Source of the DNA: Frankiales bacterium
Lineage (GTDB): Bacteria; Actinomycetota; Actinomycetes; Mycobacteriales; SCTD01
NCBI GenBank assembly: GCA_043740815.1
Contig: JAYUBO010000021.1
Coordinates: 1-40,679, forward strand
Direction of reading: 5' to 3'
DNA: 40,679 nucleotides
Shown here piece by piece: positions 1-7,389 of this stretch (the first letter of the stretch is position 1; each line of letters starts with the position of its first letter). The position numbers and the translations under genes were made by a program. The notes under the pieces are model-generated. The model was not told the origin of the DNA, made no database searches, and saw nothing but the letters and a program-made list of their open reading frames with translations.

Positions 1-785
1 TCCGTCTCGTCGAGCTCGCGGCGCAGGTCCTCGTTGTGTCCGCAGAGCACGACCGGCACGCCGGCTCCGGCATCGCGGATGGCGCGGGCAGTCGCGGCGA
101 TGTTGCCGACCCCCCACGAGCCGGCGACGACCAGGACGACGTTCTGCTCACTCCCGACGCCCATGAGCGCGCGGCCCTCGGTGCGCTCGAGGCGCGTCGA
201 GGGGGTCATGAACGAGTCCGGGAGCACCGGCCCCACGGCCTCTGACGGCACGCCGACCCGGCTGGTGGCCTCGAGAGCGCTGCCGTGCCAGACGGTGAGG
301 TTCTTGTCGATGCCTTTGTGCAGCCACAGCCCGTGCACATCCACGTCGGTGAGGAAGCCCACGGCCGGGATGGCGAGCTTGCCCTGTTTGCGCAGGGCAC
401 CCGTGGCCTGGCACCCCAATGGGTACGTCGAGACCACGACGTCGTAATCACGGGCGATCTTGCGGACGCGGTACTTGCCCTGTTGTCCGAGCCAGCGGGC
501 GATCGGCGCGAGGACGCCGCGGTCGATCCTGCCGTAGAGCCACTCGTAGGAGCTGGGGGCGTACTTGAGCTGCCCGGCGTAGAAGGCGCGGTAGAACGGG
601 CCCATGCGGCCGGGAAGCATCTCGAGGTAGTCGAAGACCTTGGCTTGGGCGCCGCGCGCATGCAGGCGGCGCTGGAGCTCGTAGGCCACACCGTCGTGCC
701 CAGCGCCCATGGCGGCGGAGATGATCAGGACAGCCGGCCCCTTGCCCACGGGTTGGCTGGCCTTGGATGCGCGCGCACGAGGCAC
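1..785 (-). CDS. Glycosyltransferase, MGDG-synthase/GT28-like; 3' end runs off the window
   Basis: My own minus-strand translation from GTG at 785 reads VPRARASKASQPVGKGPAVLIISAAMGAGHDGVAYEL...VVAGSWGVGN... with no stop down to base 1. AGGAGG lies 6 nt upstream of the GTG. The ORF is missing from the track because it has no stop inside the window. Confidence 0.7.
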   Translation of the reverse strand, partial: MPRARASKASQPVGKGPAVLIISAAMGAGHDGVAYELQRRLHARGAQAKVFDYLEMLPGRMGPFYRAFYAGQLKYAPSSYEWLYGRIDRGVLAPIARWLGQQGKYRVRKIARDYDVVVSTYPLGCQATGALRKQGKLAIPAVGFLTDVDVHGLWLHKGIDKNLTVWHGSALEATSRVGVPSEAVGPVLPDSFMTPSTRLERTEGRALMGVGSEQNVVLVVAGSWGVGNIAATARAIRDAGAGVPVVLCGHNEDLRRELDET

Positions 786-824
786 CGCGCACCTCCTGAT
801 CTGCAATGGCGGCACCGCCCCGGT

Positions 825-838
825 GGCAGTGCACTGCC
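825..838. promoter_or_regulatory. Perfect 14-bp palindrome GGCAGTGCACTGCC in a divergent promoter region; candidate operator
   Basis: Read directly from the sequence. It lies between the divergent starts at 785 (-) and 927 (+). Confidence 0.3.
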
Positions 839-926
839 CATTCTGCCGCATCGGGCTCCTTGCGTGGTGAAACTGTGTCGTGAACGGCGTGTGACGGTGG
901 CCATAGAGGCAAGGGTGAGGTGTGTG

Positions 927-1919
927 ATGACCACGAGCAGACAGATCCAGCTGGTGTCGCGGCCGGTGGGGCAGCCCACCGAAGCGTCCTTTCGACTTGC
1001 CACCACCGAGGTGCCGGAGCTCGCCGACGGACAGGTGCTCGTCCGCAACCTGTGGATGTCGGTCGACCCCTACATGCGTGGCCGGATGAACGACACCCCG
1101 TCCTACATCCCGCCGTTCCAGGTCGGTGCTGCGCTGGAAGGCGGTGCGGTCGGGGAGGTCGTCCTCTCGCGGGCTGCCACCCACCAGGTCGGGGACCACG
1201 TCCTGCACATGCAGGGTTGGCGGGACTACGCGGTCGGTCCCGCGAACAGCTTCCGCACGGTCGACGTGTCGCAGGTCGCCGCGTCGGCGTACCTCGGCGT
1301 TTTGGGGATGCCCGGCCTGACGGCCTGGGCAGGGCTGGTCAAGGTCGCCGCCATGCAGCCGGGAGAAACCGTGTTCGTCTCCGGTGCTGCCGGCGCGGTC
1401 GGCAGCCTCGTGGGTCAGATCGCCGCACTGCGTGGCGGCCGTGCCATCGGCTCAGCCGGTACGCCTGACAAGGTCGCCTGGTTGCGTGAGATCGGCTTCG
1501 CCGCCGCCTTCGACTACCACGACGGGGTCCTTCCCCAGCTGCGCGCAGCCGCCCCTGACGGCATCGACGTCTACTTCGAGAACGTCGGCGGGGAGCATCT
1601 CGAAGCAGCCATCGACGTTCTCAACCTCCACGGCCGGATCGCGGTCTGCGGTCTCATCAGCAGTTACAACGCCACGACGCCGCCCGCCGGCCCGAGGAAC
1701 TTCAGACAGGTGATCAGCAAGCGGCTGCGCATCGAGGGCTTCCTCGCCGGCGACCAGGCGCCGCACCAGGCGGAATTTTTCGCCGAGGTCGGCGCGGCGC
1801 TGGCCACCGGCAGCATTCAGGCCCGAGAGACCATCGTGGACGGGCTCGAGAACGCCCCGACGGCGTTCCTGGGCCTGCTCGGCGGTGCCAACACCGGGAA
1901 GATGCTCGTCCGGATCTGA
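927..1919 (+). CDS. NADP-dependent oxidoreductase, medium-chain reductase family (YncB/CurA/PTGR1-like)
   Basis: ATG at 927 is preceded by GAGG. MTTSRQIQLVSRPVG...DPYMRGRM...GAAGAVGS Rossmann motif...NTGKMLVRI. The 285-926 part of the 544-aa ORF is an out-of-frame artefact overlapping the divergent gene. Confidence 0.9.
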   Translation: MTTSRQIQLVSRPVGQPTEASFRLATTEVPELADGQVLVRNLWMSVDPYMRGRMNDTPSYIPPFQVGAALEGGAVGEVVLSRAATHQVGDHVLHMQGWRDYAVGPANSFRTVDVSQVAASAYLGVLGMPGLTAWAGLVKVAAMQPGETVFVSGAAGAVGSLVGQIAALRGGRAIGSAGTPDKVAWLREIGFAAAFDYHDGVLPQLRAAAPDGIDVYFENVGGEHLEAAIDVLNLHGRIAVCGLISSYNATTPPAGPRNFRQVISKRLRIEGFLAGDQAPHQAEFFAEVGAALATGSIQARETIVDGLENAPTAFLGLLGGANTGKMLVRI

Positions 1920-1961
1920 CGGTGCGCGTGTCGCAGTGCGGTCCACCTCCGGGGTAGTCCA

Positions 1962-2283
1962 GAATAGAACGAGGCCCCTCCATGTATGAGATGGAGGGGC
2001 CTCGACGCTCTTCGATGCACCATCGACCGATTGCTCAGTCAACGCGTCTCGAGGAGCGGGTCCCGGCCAGTCGACTCGAGCCCCGAAGGTCTCGTGCGCG
2101 ACGTTCCGGTCGGGCTGGCTGCATGGCCCGCCGATTGCTCGGCTAGCTTGCTCTGCCGTCCCGGCCACCGGTCGCTCAGTCCTGCCTGACGTCCCGGTTT
2201 CCCGGTGCGCCTGGTGCGGAAGCGAACTCCCGCTCGGCCTTCGTTCCTGGTGACAGGACTGAGGTTTGCCTGCTGGACCCCAG
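1962..2283 (-). ncRNA. Candidate structured non-coding RNA of about 320 nt, class unassigned (Ms1/6S-like is one hypothesis); ends approximate
   Basis: 530-bp gap between convergent genes with no credible ORF. Minus-strand hairpins: GCGGGAG-UUCG-CUUCCGC (2216-2233), CGAGACC-UUCG-GGGCUCG (2077-2094), CCGG-GAAA-CCGG (2193-2205), GCCGA-GCAA-UCGGC (2130-2143), GACUGA-GCAA-UCGGUC (2025-2040). Long-range helices: 2175-2184 with 2254-2263 (10 bp perfect) and 2058-2063 with 2275-2280. A promoter-like element lies upstream and a terminator downstream. Confidence 0.45.
1971..2003 (-). terminator. Intrinsic terminator hairpin with a 13-bp perfect stem; can serve both convergent directions
   Basis: GAGGCCCCTCCAT-gtatgag-ATGGAGGGGCCTC. 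On the minus strand the stem is followed by GTTCTATTCT (U-rich). On the plus strand the tail is not U-rich. Confidence 0.65.
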
Positions 2284-2289
2284 CCGTCA

Positions 2290-2318
2290 AGCCTTATGGG
2301 ACAGGGATTTTTCGTCAA
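2290..2318 (-). promoter_or_regulatory. Sigma-70-type promoter candidate for the RNA: -35 TTGACG, 17-nt spacer, -10 AAGGCT
   Basis: On the minus strand TTGACG is at 2318-2313 and AAGGCT at 2295-2290. A second TTGACG (2290-2285)-N17-AAACCT (2267-2262) follows, but its start site would fall inside the 10-bp helix. Confidence 0.3.
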
Positions 2319-2322
2319 CAAG

Positions 2323-2407
2323 ATGTCCACAGGACATGCCCTGTTGGTCCCCCGATTTCTCGGAGTTGTCCACCAGTTGTCCCCAGCTATATCCCCAGCT
2401 GTCCCCA
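2323..2407. repeat. Array of five same-orientation 9-mers related to TTGTCCACA, plus a 15-bp palindrome; candidate regulator-binding array
   Basis: ATGTCCACA 2323-2331, TTGTCCACC 2366-2374, TTGTCCCCA 2377-2385, ATATCCCCA 2389-2397, CTGTCCCCA 2399-2407. The last four start 11, 12 and 10 bp apart. Palindrome ATGTCC-aca-GGACAT is at 2323-2337. Confidence 0.4.
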
Positions 2408-2449
2408 GGGGAGCCACCCGCAGTCGTCCTCAGCGGTCGTGAACGATCC

Positions 2450-3313
2450 TCAGTGGGGCAGCGGGATCTGCAAGACCTGCTCGGTGACGTCCCACAGTCG
2501 GGCTGCTGTCGCCGGGTCCGAGCCGGTCGTGTAGACGTCGAGCACCTCGGCCGGTCCACGGACCTGGTTGAACCGCTTCGGCCCGATGAAGGACCCGCTC
2601 GGCTCGAGCAGGGCACGCAACGTCGGTTGGGCGCCGGCCTTGGCGGGCTGCAGGAAGACCGGACCGAGCACTTTCGCCACGGGCACCAGCCAGCCGCGGC
2701 CGTTGTCCTCGAGCTGTCGGGGGAACAGGTTGGTCCAGCTCACCCCGGGGTGGCACGCGACGCTGGCGACCCGGTCGCCGACCCGTCGGTGCAGCTCCTG
2801 CGCGAACAACAGGTTGGCCTGCTTGGTGTTCGAGTAGACCTTCTGCGACAGGTACGCCGGAGGGCTGATCAGGTCGTCGACCGTCAACTGGGGACCGAGG
2901 GATCCACCCCGGGCCGCGATGCTGCTGACCAGCACGACCCGTCCGCGGGACTGCTCTAGCAGCGGGAAGAGCCGGGCGATCAGGGCCGCGTGGCCGAGGT
3001 GGTTGGTGCCCATCTGCCGCTCATGACCCTGCACCGTGCCGAGTAGCGGGCCACCCATGACGCCGGCATTGCAGACGAGAGCGTCGACGCGGTCGGTACG
3101 GTCGGCGAACGCCTCGACGCTGTCGAGGTCCGCCAGGTCGAGCTCTCGCACGGCCATGCCCTGGGCGACGGCCGCAGCGCGGTTCGTATCTCGACAGGCC
3201 AGGACGACGTCGGCCCCGGCAGCCTTGAGGGCGAGCGCGGTCTGCAGGCCGATACCGGAGTTACCCCCGGTGATGACCACGGTGCGGTCACGCCAAGGCC
3301 GCAGGTCGATCAT
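2450..3313 (-). CDS. Short-chain dehydrogenase/reductase (SDR) family oxidoreductase
   Basis: TGGNSGIG cofactor motif, YSNTK catalytic motif, 287 aa. Confidence 0.9.
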   Translation of the reverse strand: MIDLRPWRDRTVVITGGNSGIGLQTALALKAAGADVVLACRDTNRAAAVAQGMAVRELDLADLDSVEAFADRTDRVDALVCNAGVMGGPLLGTVQGHERQMGTNHLGHAALIARLFPLLEQSRGRVVLVSSIAARGGSLGPQLTVDDLISPPAYLSQKVYSNTKQANLLFAQELHRRVGDRVASVACHPGVSWTNLFPRQLEDNGRGWLVPVAKVLGPVFLQPAKAGAQPTLRALLEPSGSFIGPKRFNQVRGPAEVLDVYTTGSDPATAARLWDVTEQVLQIPLPH

Positions 3314-3340
3314 GCGACCTCGATCATGTGTCGGTGACGG

Positions 3341-3526
3341 TCACTTGAAGCCGGGGGGCCCGACGGTGACCCCGTTGGGAGTGTTGCTGTAGCTCGGCTC
3401 GATCTTCGTCCCGCCGGCAGCCTCGATCACGACGTAGGTCCCGACGGTGTAGACCACGATGCCCAGAACGGCAGCCAGAATCACGCCGGTGTTGCTCTTG
3501 CCGACAGTTGTCCCCGACCTCGCCAT
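3341..3526 (-). CDS. Small hypothetical membrane protein (61 aa, one TM helix)
   Basis: High GC3 and a hydrophobic segment VILAAVLGIVVYTVGTYVVI. It lies 16 nt downstream of the rqlH-like stop. The ribosome-binding site is weak. Confidence 0.45.
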   Translation of the reverse strand: MARSGTTVGKSNTGVILAAVLGIVVYTVGTYVVIEAAGGTKIEPSYSNTPNGVTVGPPGFK

Positions 3527-3542
3527 GTACTCAATCTACCCA

Positions 3543-5609
3543 TCACCCGTCCAGGGCGAGTACCAGGGGCAGGACGGCGCTGGCCCCGGCGCGTCGCAGG
3601 ACTCGCGCGGCCTCCGTCAGGGTCCAGCCGGTGTCGCTGCGGTCGTCGACGAGCAGGACCACCTGACCGTCCAGCTCCCAGTCCGGGGGCACCGCAAACG
3701 CGCCGTGCACCGCGCGCAACCGCTGGGCACTGTTGGACCGCAGACCGGCCGTGGGCTGCACCGCCGTCAGTGTTCCGAGAGGCACGAGCTGGCCGACCTG
3801 GGCCAGCCGGGCCGCCAGCGAGCCGACGAGCTGCGGGTGAGCGGCCGAGGGCACCGCAGCCACCCGGGTGGGGCGCTCGGTCCACTGCCAACCGGTCAGA
3901 ACCGTGACGACCGCGGCGACGATGTCGTCGGGGACTGGTTGGTCCGGTGCGGACAGCAGCGCCCGCAGCCGGGTGCCCCAGCCGATGTCGGACAGCCTGC
4001 CGAGCGCCCGGCCGGCCTCGGCCCGCTCGCCGGGGGCGATCTTGCCGCCGACACCGAGCTCCTTCATGGCGGTGGGCCACATAGCGCGAGGCTCGAGGAC
4101 GACACCTGGACGACCCAGAGCAGCGTGGGCCGCGTCCAGCGCATGAGCCGAGACCTCCTGGGAGAGGGCGGTGCCGAGGCACCGGTCGCACCGCCCGCAG
4201 GGCGCGGCACCCGGGTCGTCGAGCTGACGGCGTAGGAACTCCATGCGGCACGCGGCGGTGCTGACGTAGTCGCGCATGGCCTGCTGCTCCGCCGCCCGGT
4301 CGGCGCTCACCTGGGCGTACCGCTCGGCGTCGTACGCCCAGGGCTGTCCGGTCGAGGTCCAGCCGCCCCGCACGCGGCGCACCGCCCCGTCCACGTCGAG
4401 CACCTTGAGCATGGACTCGAGCCGGGTCCGGCGAAGCTCGACCCGCGGCTCGAGGGCCGCCGTCGAGAGCGTCACCCCCGCAAGGGCCGCCAGGACCGTC
4501 CGGACCTGCTCCTCCGGCGGGAAGCCGAGCGAGGCGAAGTACGCCCAGATCGCCTCGTCCTCACGGCCAGGCAGCAGCACCACCTCGGCCCGCTCGACGC
4601 CGCGACCGGCGCGGCCGACCTGCTGGTAGTAGGCGATGGGGGAGCCCGGTGCCCCCAGGTGCACGACGAACCCCAGGTCGGGCTTGTCGAACCCCATGCC
4701 CAGCGCTGAGGTGGCGACCAGCGCCTTGACCCGGTTGGCGAGCAGGTCGTCCTCGGCCTGCCGCCGTTCCGCGTCGTCACTCTTGCCGCTGTAGGCGACG
4801 GCTGAGATCCCCCGGGAGCGAAGGAAACCTGCTACCTCCTCGGTGGCCGCGACGGTGAGCGTATAGACGATCCCGCTGCCGGGGGCCTGCCCGAGGAAGT
4901 CGGCGAGCCAGGCCAGTCGGTGGGCCGCGTCGGGCAGGACCGCGACCGAAAGGTGTAGCGACTCGCGCTCGAGGCCACCCCGCAGGACCAGCGTGTCGTC
5001 CCCGAGCTGGGTCGCCACATCCTTGACCACGCGCGCGTTGGCGGTGGCAGTGGTGGCGAGCACCGGCACGCCCTCGGGGAGCTCGGTGAGCAACGTCCTG
5101 ATCCGGCGGTAGTCGGGACGAAAGTCATGCCCCCAGTCGCTGATGCAGTGCGCCTCGTCGATGACGACCAGCCCCGCTGTCGCGGCCAGCTGCGGCAGCA
5201 CCTCGTCGCGAAAGCCCGGGTTGTTGAGCCGCTCGGGGCTGACCAGCAAGACGTCCGCGCGACCGGCGGCGATGTCGTCGTACACGCCTTGCCACTGCTC
5301 GAGGTTGCTGGAGTTGACCGTGACAGCCGTGATGCCCGCGCGCTCAGCAGCCGCGACCTGGTTGCGCATCAAGGCAAGCAGCGGGCTCACGATCACGGTC
5401 GGCCCGGCGCCGCGAGTGCGCAGCAGGGCTGTCGCGACGAAGTAGACCGCTGACTTGCCCCATCCGGTCCGCTGCACGACGAGGGCCCGGCGATGGTCGT
5501 GCACGAGCGCCGAGATGGCGCTCCACTGATCCTCGCGCAGGACCGCAGTCGGCCCGGCCAGCGCCTGCAGGACCAGCTCTGCGTCAGCGCGGGGGTCGGA
5601 CGTCACCAC
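3543..5609 (-). CDS. rqlH: RecQ-like ATP-dependent DNA helicase with a C-terminal ComF/phosphoribosyltransferase-like domain (RqlH type)
   Basis: Walker A TGWGKS, DEAH box VVIDEAHCISDWGHDFRPDY, tetracysteine CRMEF...CGRCDRC, PRT-like VVLLVDDRSDTGWTL near the C-terminus. 688 aa. Confidence 0.88.
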   Translation of the reverse strand: MVTSDPRADAELVLQALAGPTAVLREDQWSAISALVHDHRRALVVQRTGWGKSAVYFVATALLRTRGAGPTVIVSPLLALMRNQVAAAERAGITAVTVNSSNLEQWQGVYDDIAAGRADVLLVSPERLNNPGFRDEVLPQLAATAGLVVIDEAHCISDWGHDFRPDYRRIRTLLTELPEGVPVLATTATANARVVKDVATQLGDDTLVLRGGLERESLHLSVAVLPDAAHRLAWLADFLGQAPGSGIVYTLTVAATEEVAGFLRSRGISAVAYSGKSDDAERRQAEDDLLANRVKALVATSALGMGFDKPDLGFVVHLGAPGSPIAYYQQVGRAGRGVERAEVVLLPGREDEAIWAYFASLGFPPEEQVRTVLAALAGVTLSTAALEPRVELRRTRLESMLKVLDVDGAVRRVRGGWTSTGQPWAYDAERYAQVSADRAAEQQAMRDYVSTAACRMEFLRRQLDDPGAAPCGRCDRCLGTALSQEVSAHALDAAHAALGRPGVVLEPRAMWPTAMKELGVGGKIAPGERAEAGRALGRLSDIGWGTRLRALLSAPDQPVPDDIVAAVVTVLTGWQWTERPTRVAAVPSAAHPQLVGSLAARLAQVGQLVPLGTLTAVQPTAGLRSNSAQRLRAVHGAFAVPPDWELDGQVVLLVDDRSDTGWTLTEAARVLRRAGASAVLPLVLALDG

Positions 5610-5612
5610 GCC

Positions 5613-5873
5613 TTAGCTGACGAGCTCGTCGGCCTCGGGCTCGGCCCATGCGCGCGCGCGCCGCTCCTGCACGCGGCGCTGCTGGGCGTTGAAGCGCACC
5701 TCGCGGTGGATCGCGAGGTCCGCCGCCAGGACCCGGCGGCGGCGGCCGTCAGAGCCAAGATGACAGGGCAGACGGCCAGATTCCAGCAGGTGGATCACCG
5801 CGGCCGGGGCCATTCCGAGCTCGACAGCTGCTTCCTCGATGCTCACGTCCTCGAGATCGAGCTGCTCGGCCAC
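5613..5873 (-). CDS. Helix-turn-helix DNA-binding protein (excisionase/MerR-like HTH), first gene of the rqlH operon
   Basis: SIEEAAVELGMAPAAVIHLLESGRLP. I prefer GTG at 5873 because GGGGGAG sits 4 nt upstream. The track ORF extends to GTG at 5894. The stop lies 4 nt from the rqlH start. Confidence 0.7.
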   Translation of the reverse strand: MAEQLDLEDVSIEEAAVELGMAPAAVIHLLESGRLPCHLGSDGRRRRVLAADLAIHREVRFNAQQRRVQERRARAWAEPEADELVS

Positions 5874-5929
5874 GTTGCTCCCCCATAGTTCCACGGCGAC
5901 ATGCTGTCATCCCGCGTGGCAAGGTGCCC

Positions 5930-5945
5930 ACACGGCATGCCGTGT
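5930..5945. promoter_or_regulatory. Perfect 16-bp palindrome ACACGGCATGCCGTGT; candidate operator in a divergent promoter region
   Basis: Read directly. It lies between the HTH-rqlH operon start (5873/5894, -) and the FAD-oxidoreductase start (6010, +). Confidence 0.35.
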
Positions 5946-6009
5946 TGCCTCACACGTTCATCTGTTGATCTTGGTGTGGAGCAACTAGCGACCGGGCTAG
6001 GGTCACGGT

Positions 6010-7362
6010 GTGCCGACCCGCGCCGACTACGACGCAGCTGTGGCCGAGCTGAGAGGTCAGCTGGCCGCGCTGCCGCTTGGCGCGCCCATCCGACTCGGCA
6101 AGAAGACCTCAAACCTGTTCCGCACCCGCACCGGACCCTCCCAGCGACTCGACGTCAGCGCCTTCAGCGGAGTCCTCAGTGTCAAGGACGGTGTGGCGGA
6201 CGTGCTGGGGATGACGACGTATGAGGCCCTGGTCGATGCGACGCTGCCCTCGGGGCAGATGCCGCTGGTGGTTCCGCAGCTCAAGACGATCACGCTCGGC
6301 GGGGCCGTCACCGGGCTGGGCATCGAGAGCTCGAGCTTTCGCAACGGCACACCGCACGAGTCGGTGCTCGAGATGGACATTCTCACCGGCGACGGTCAGG
6401 TCGTCACGTGCAGCCGTACGCACAACGCCGACCTGTTCCACGGCTTCCCGAACAGCTACGGCACGCTGGGCTACGCGCTGCGGCTACGCATCGAGCTCGA
6501 GCCGACCAGCCCGTACGTCCACCTCGAGCACGTTCGATGCGGGTCGGTGGGTGAGGCCGTCGAGGTCATGCGTCGGCACTGCACAGCCGGGACGGGGCCA
6601 AGGACAGCGGACTTCGTCGACGGAACGTGGTTCGGCCCGACCGAGGTCTACGTCACCCTGGCCCGCTGGGCGGACCGTGCCCCGCTGCTGAGCGACTACA
6701 CGGGCATGGCCGTGTACTACCGGTCAGTGCAGGCGCGCCGCGAGGACTGGCTGACGGTCCGCGACTACCTCTGGCGCTGGGACACCGACTGGTTCTGGTG
6801 CAGCCGCGCCTTCGGTGTCCAGAACCCCGCTGTACGCCGGTGGATCCCGCGCCGGTACCTGCGAAGCGACGTCTGGTGGAAGCTCGTCGCCTTCGAGCAG
6901 AAGCACCGCTGGAAGACCCGCTACGACCGGCGTAAAGGCCGGCCGGAGCGCGAGGAGGTCGTGCAGGACATCGAGGTCCCGATCGACAACCTCCAGGCGT
7001 TCATGGACGTCTTCGCGCGCGAGCTGGAGATCGAGCCGGTCTGGTTCTGCCCGCTGCGGCAGCGCTCTGCCGAGGACGTCTGGGAGCTGTACCGGATGGA
7101 CCCGGACACGCTCTACGTCAACGTGGGCTTCTGGTCCTCGGTGGCGCTCGAGCCGGGCGAAGAGCCGTCCACCCACAACCGGATCATCGAGACGCTCGTC
7201 GACAGCCTCGGAGGTCGCAAGTCGCTCTACAGCACCAGCTACTACGAGCCCGACCACTTCTGGCGGCTCTACAACGGCCCCACGTACGACGTTCTGAAGA
7301 AGGCGTATGACCCCGACGGCCGGCTGCTCGATCTCTATGCGAAGTGCGTCCAACGACGCTGA
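6010..7362 (+). CDS. bfaA: FAD-binding oxidoreductase, BfaA/TmsA-like (reductase step of 10-methyl fatty acid synthesis)
   Basis: 450 aa with an FAD-binding region TITLGGAVTGLGIESSSFRNG. It sits directly upstream of a cfa-family methyltransferase, which is the known gene pairing. Confidence 0.8.
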   Translation: MPTRADYDAAVAELRGQLAALPLGAPIRLGKKTSNLFRTRTGPSQRLDVSAFSGVLSVKDGVADVLGMTTYEALVDATLPSGQMPLVVPQLKTITLGGAVTGLGIESSSFRNGTPHESVLEMDILTGDGQVVTCSRTHNADLFHGFPNSYGTLGYALRLRIELEPTSPYVHLEHVRCGSVGEAVEVMRRHCTAGTGPRTADFVDGTWFGPTEVYVTLARWADRAPLLSDYTGMAVYYRSVQARREDWLTVRDYLWRWDTDWFWCSRAFGVQNPAVRRWIPRRYLRSDVWWKLVAFEQKHRWKTRYDRRKGRPEREEVVQDIEVPIDNLQAFMDVFARELEIEPVWFCPLRQRSAEDVWELYRMDPDTLYVNVGFWSSVALEPGEEPSTHNRIIETLVDSLGGRKSLYSTSYYEPDHFWRLYNGPTYDVLKKAYDPDGRLLDLYAKCVQRR

Positions 7363-7389
7363 GAAGGCCGCTCAATCCTGGAGGAACGC

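Noticed and set aside
285-926. Upstream part of the 544-aa ORF that contains the NADP-oxidoreductase
   Set aside because: It overlaps the minus-strand glycosyltransferase gene in antisense. The oxidoreductase homology begins at ATG 927, which has its own SD sequence.
2025-2290. The intergenic RNA candidate as tmRNA, RNase P RNA, SRP RNA or a tRNA
   Set aside because: I looked on both strands for RNase P CR-I/CR-IV (GAGGAAAGUCCGG, ACAGAAnCCGGCUUA), a tmRNA tag reading frame with a ...GCUGCCUAA-type end and a tRNA-like CCA 3' end, the SRP domain IV motif, and T-arm GGUUCGAAUCC. None is present.
2323-2407. The DnaA-box-like cluster as the chromosomal origin oriC
   Set aside because: No dnaA, dnaN, rpmH or parAB genes are nearby. 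There are only five imperfect boxes and no AT-rich unwinding element. A regulatory or titration role is more likely.
2039-2534. ORFs 2039-2290 (-), 1986-2189 (+) and 2205-2534 (+) as protein genes in the gap
   Set aside because: The translations are Arg/Pro/Gly/Ser-rich and lack hydrophobic cores, an RBS or good start context. The last one runs antisense into the SDR gene.
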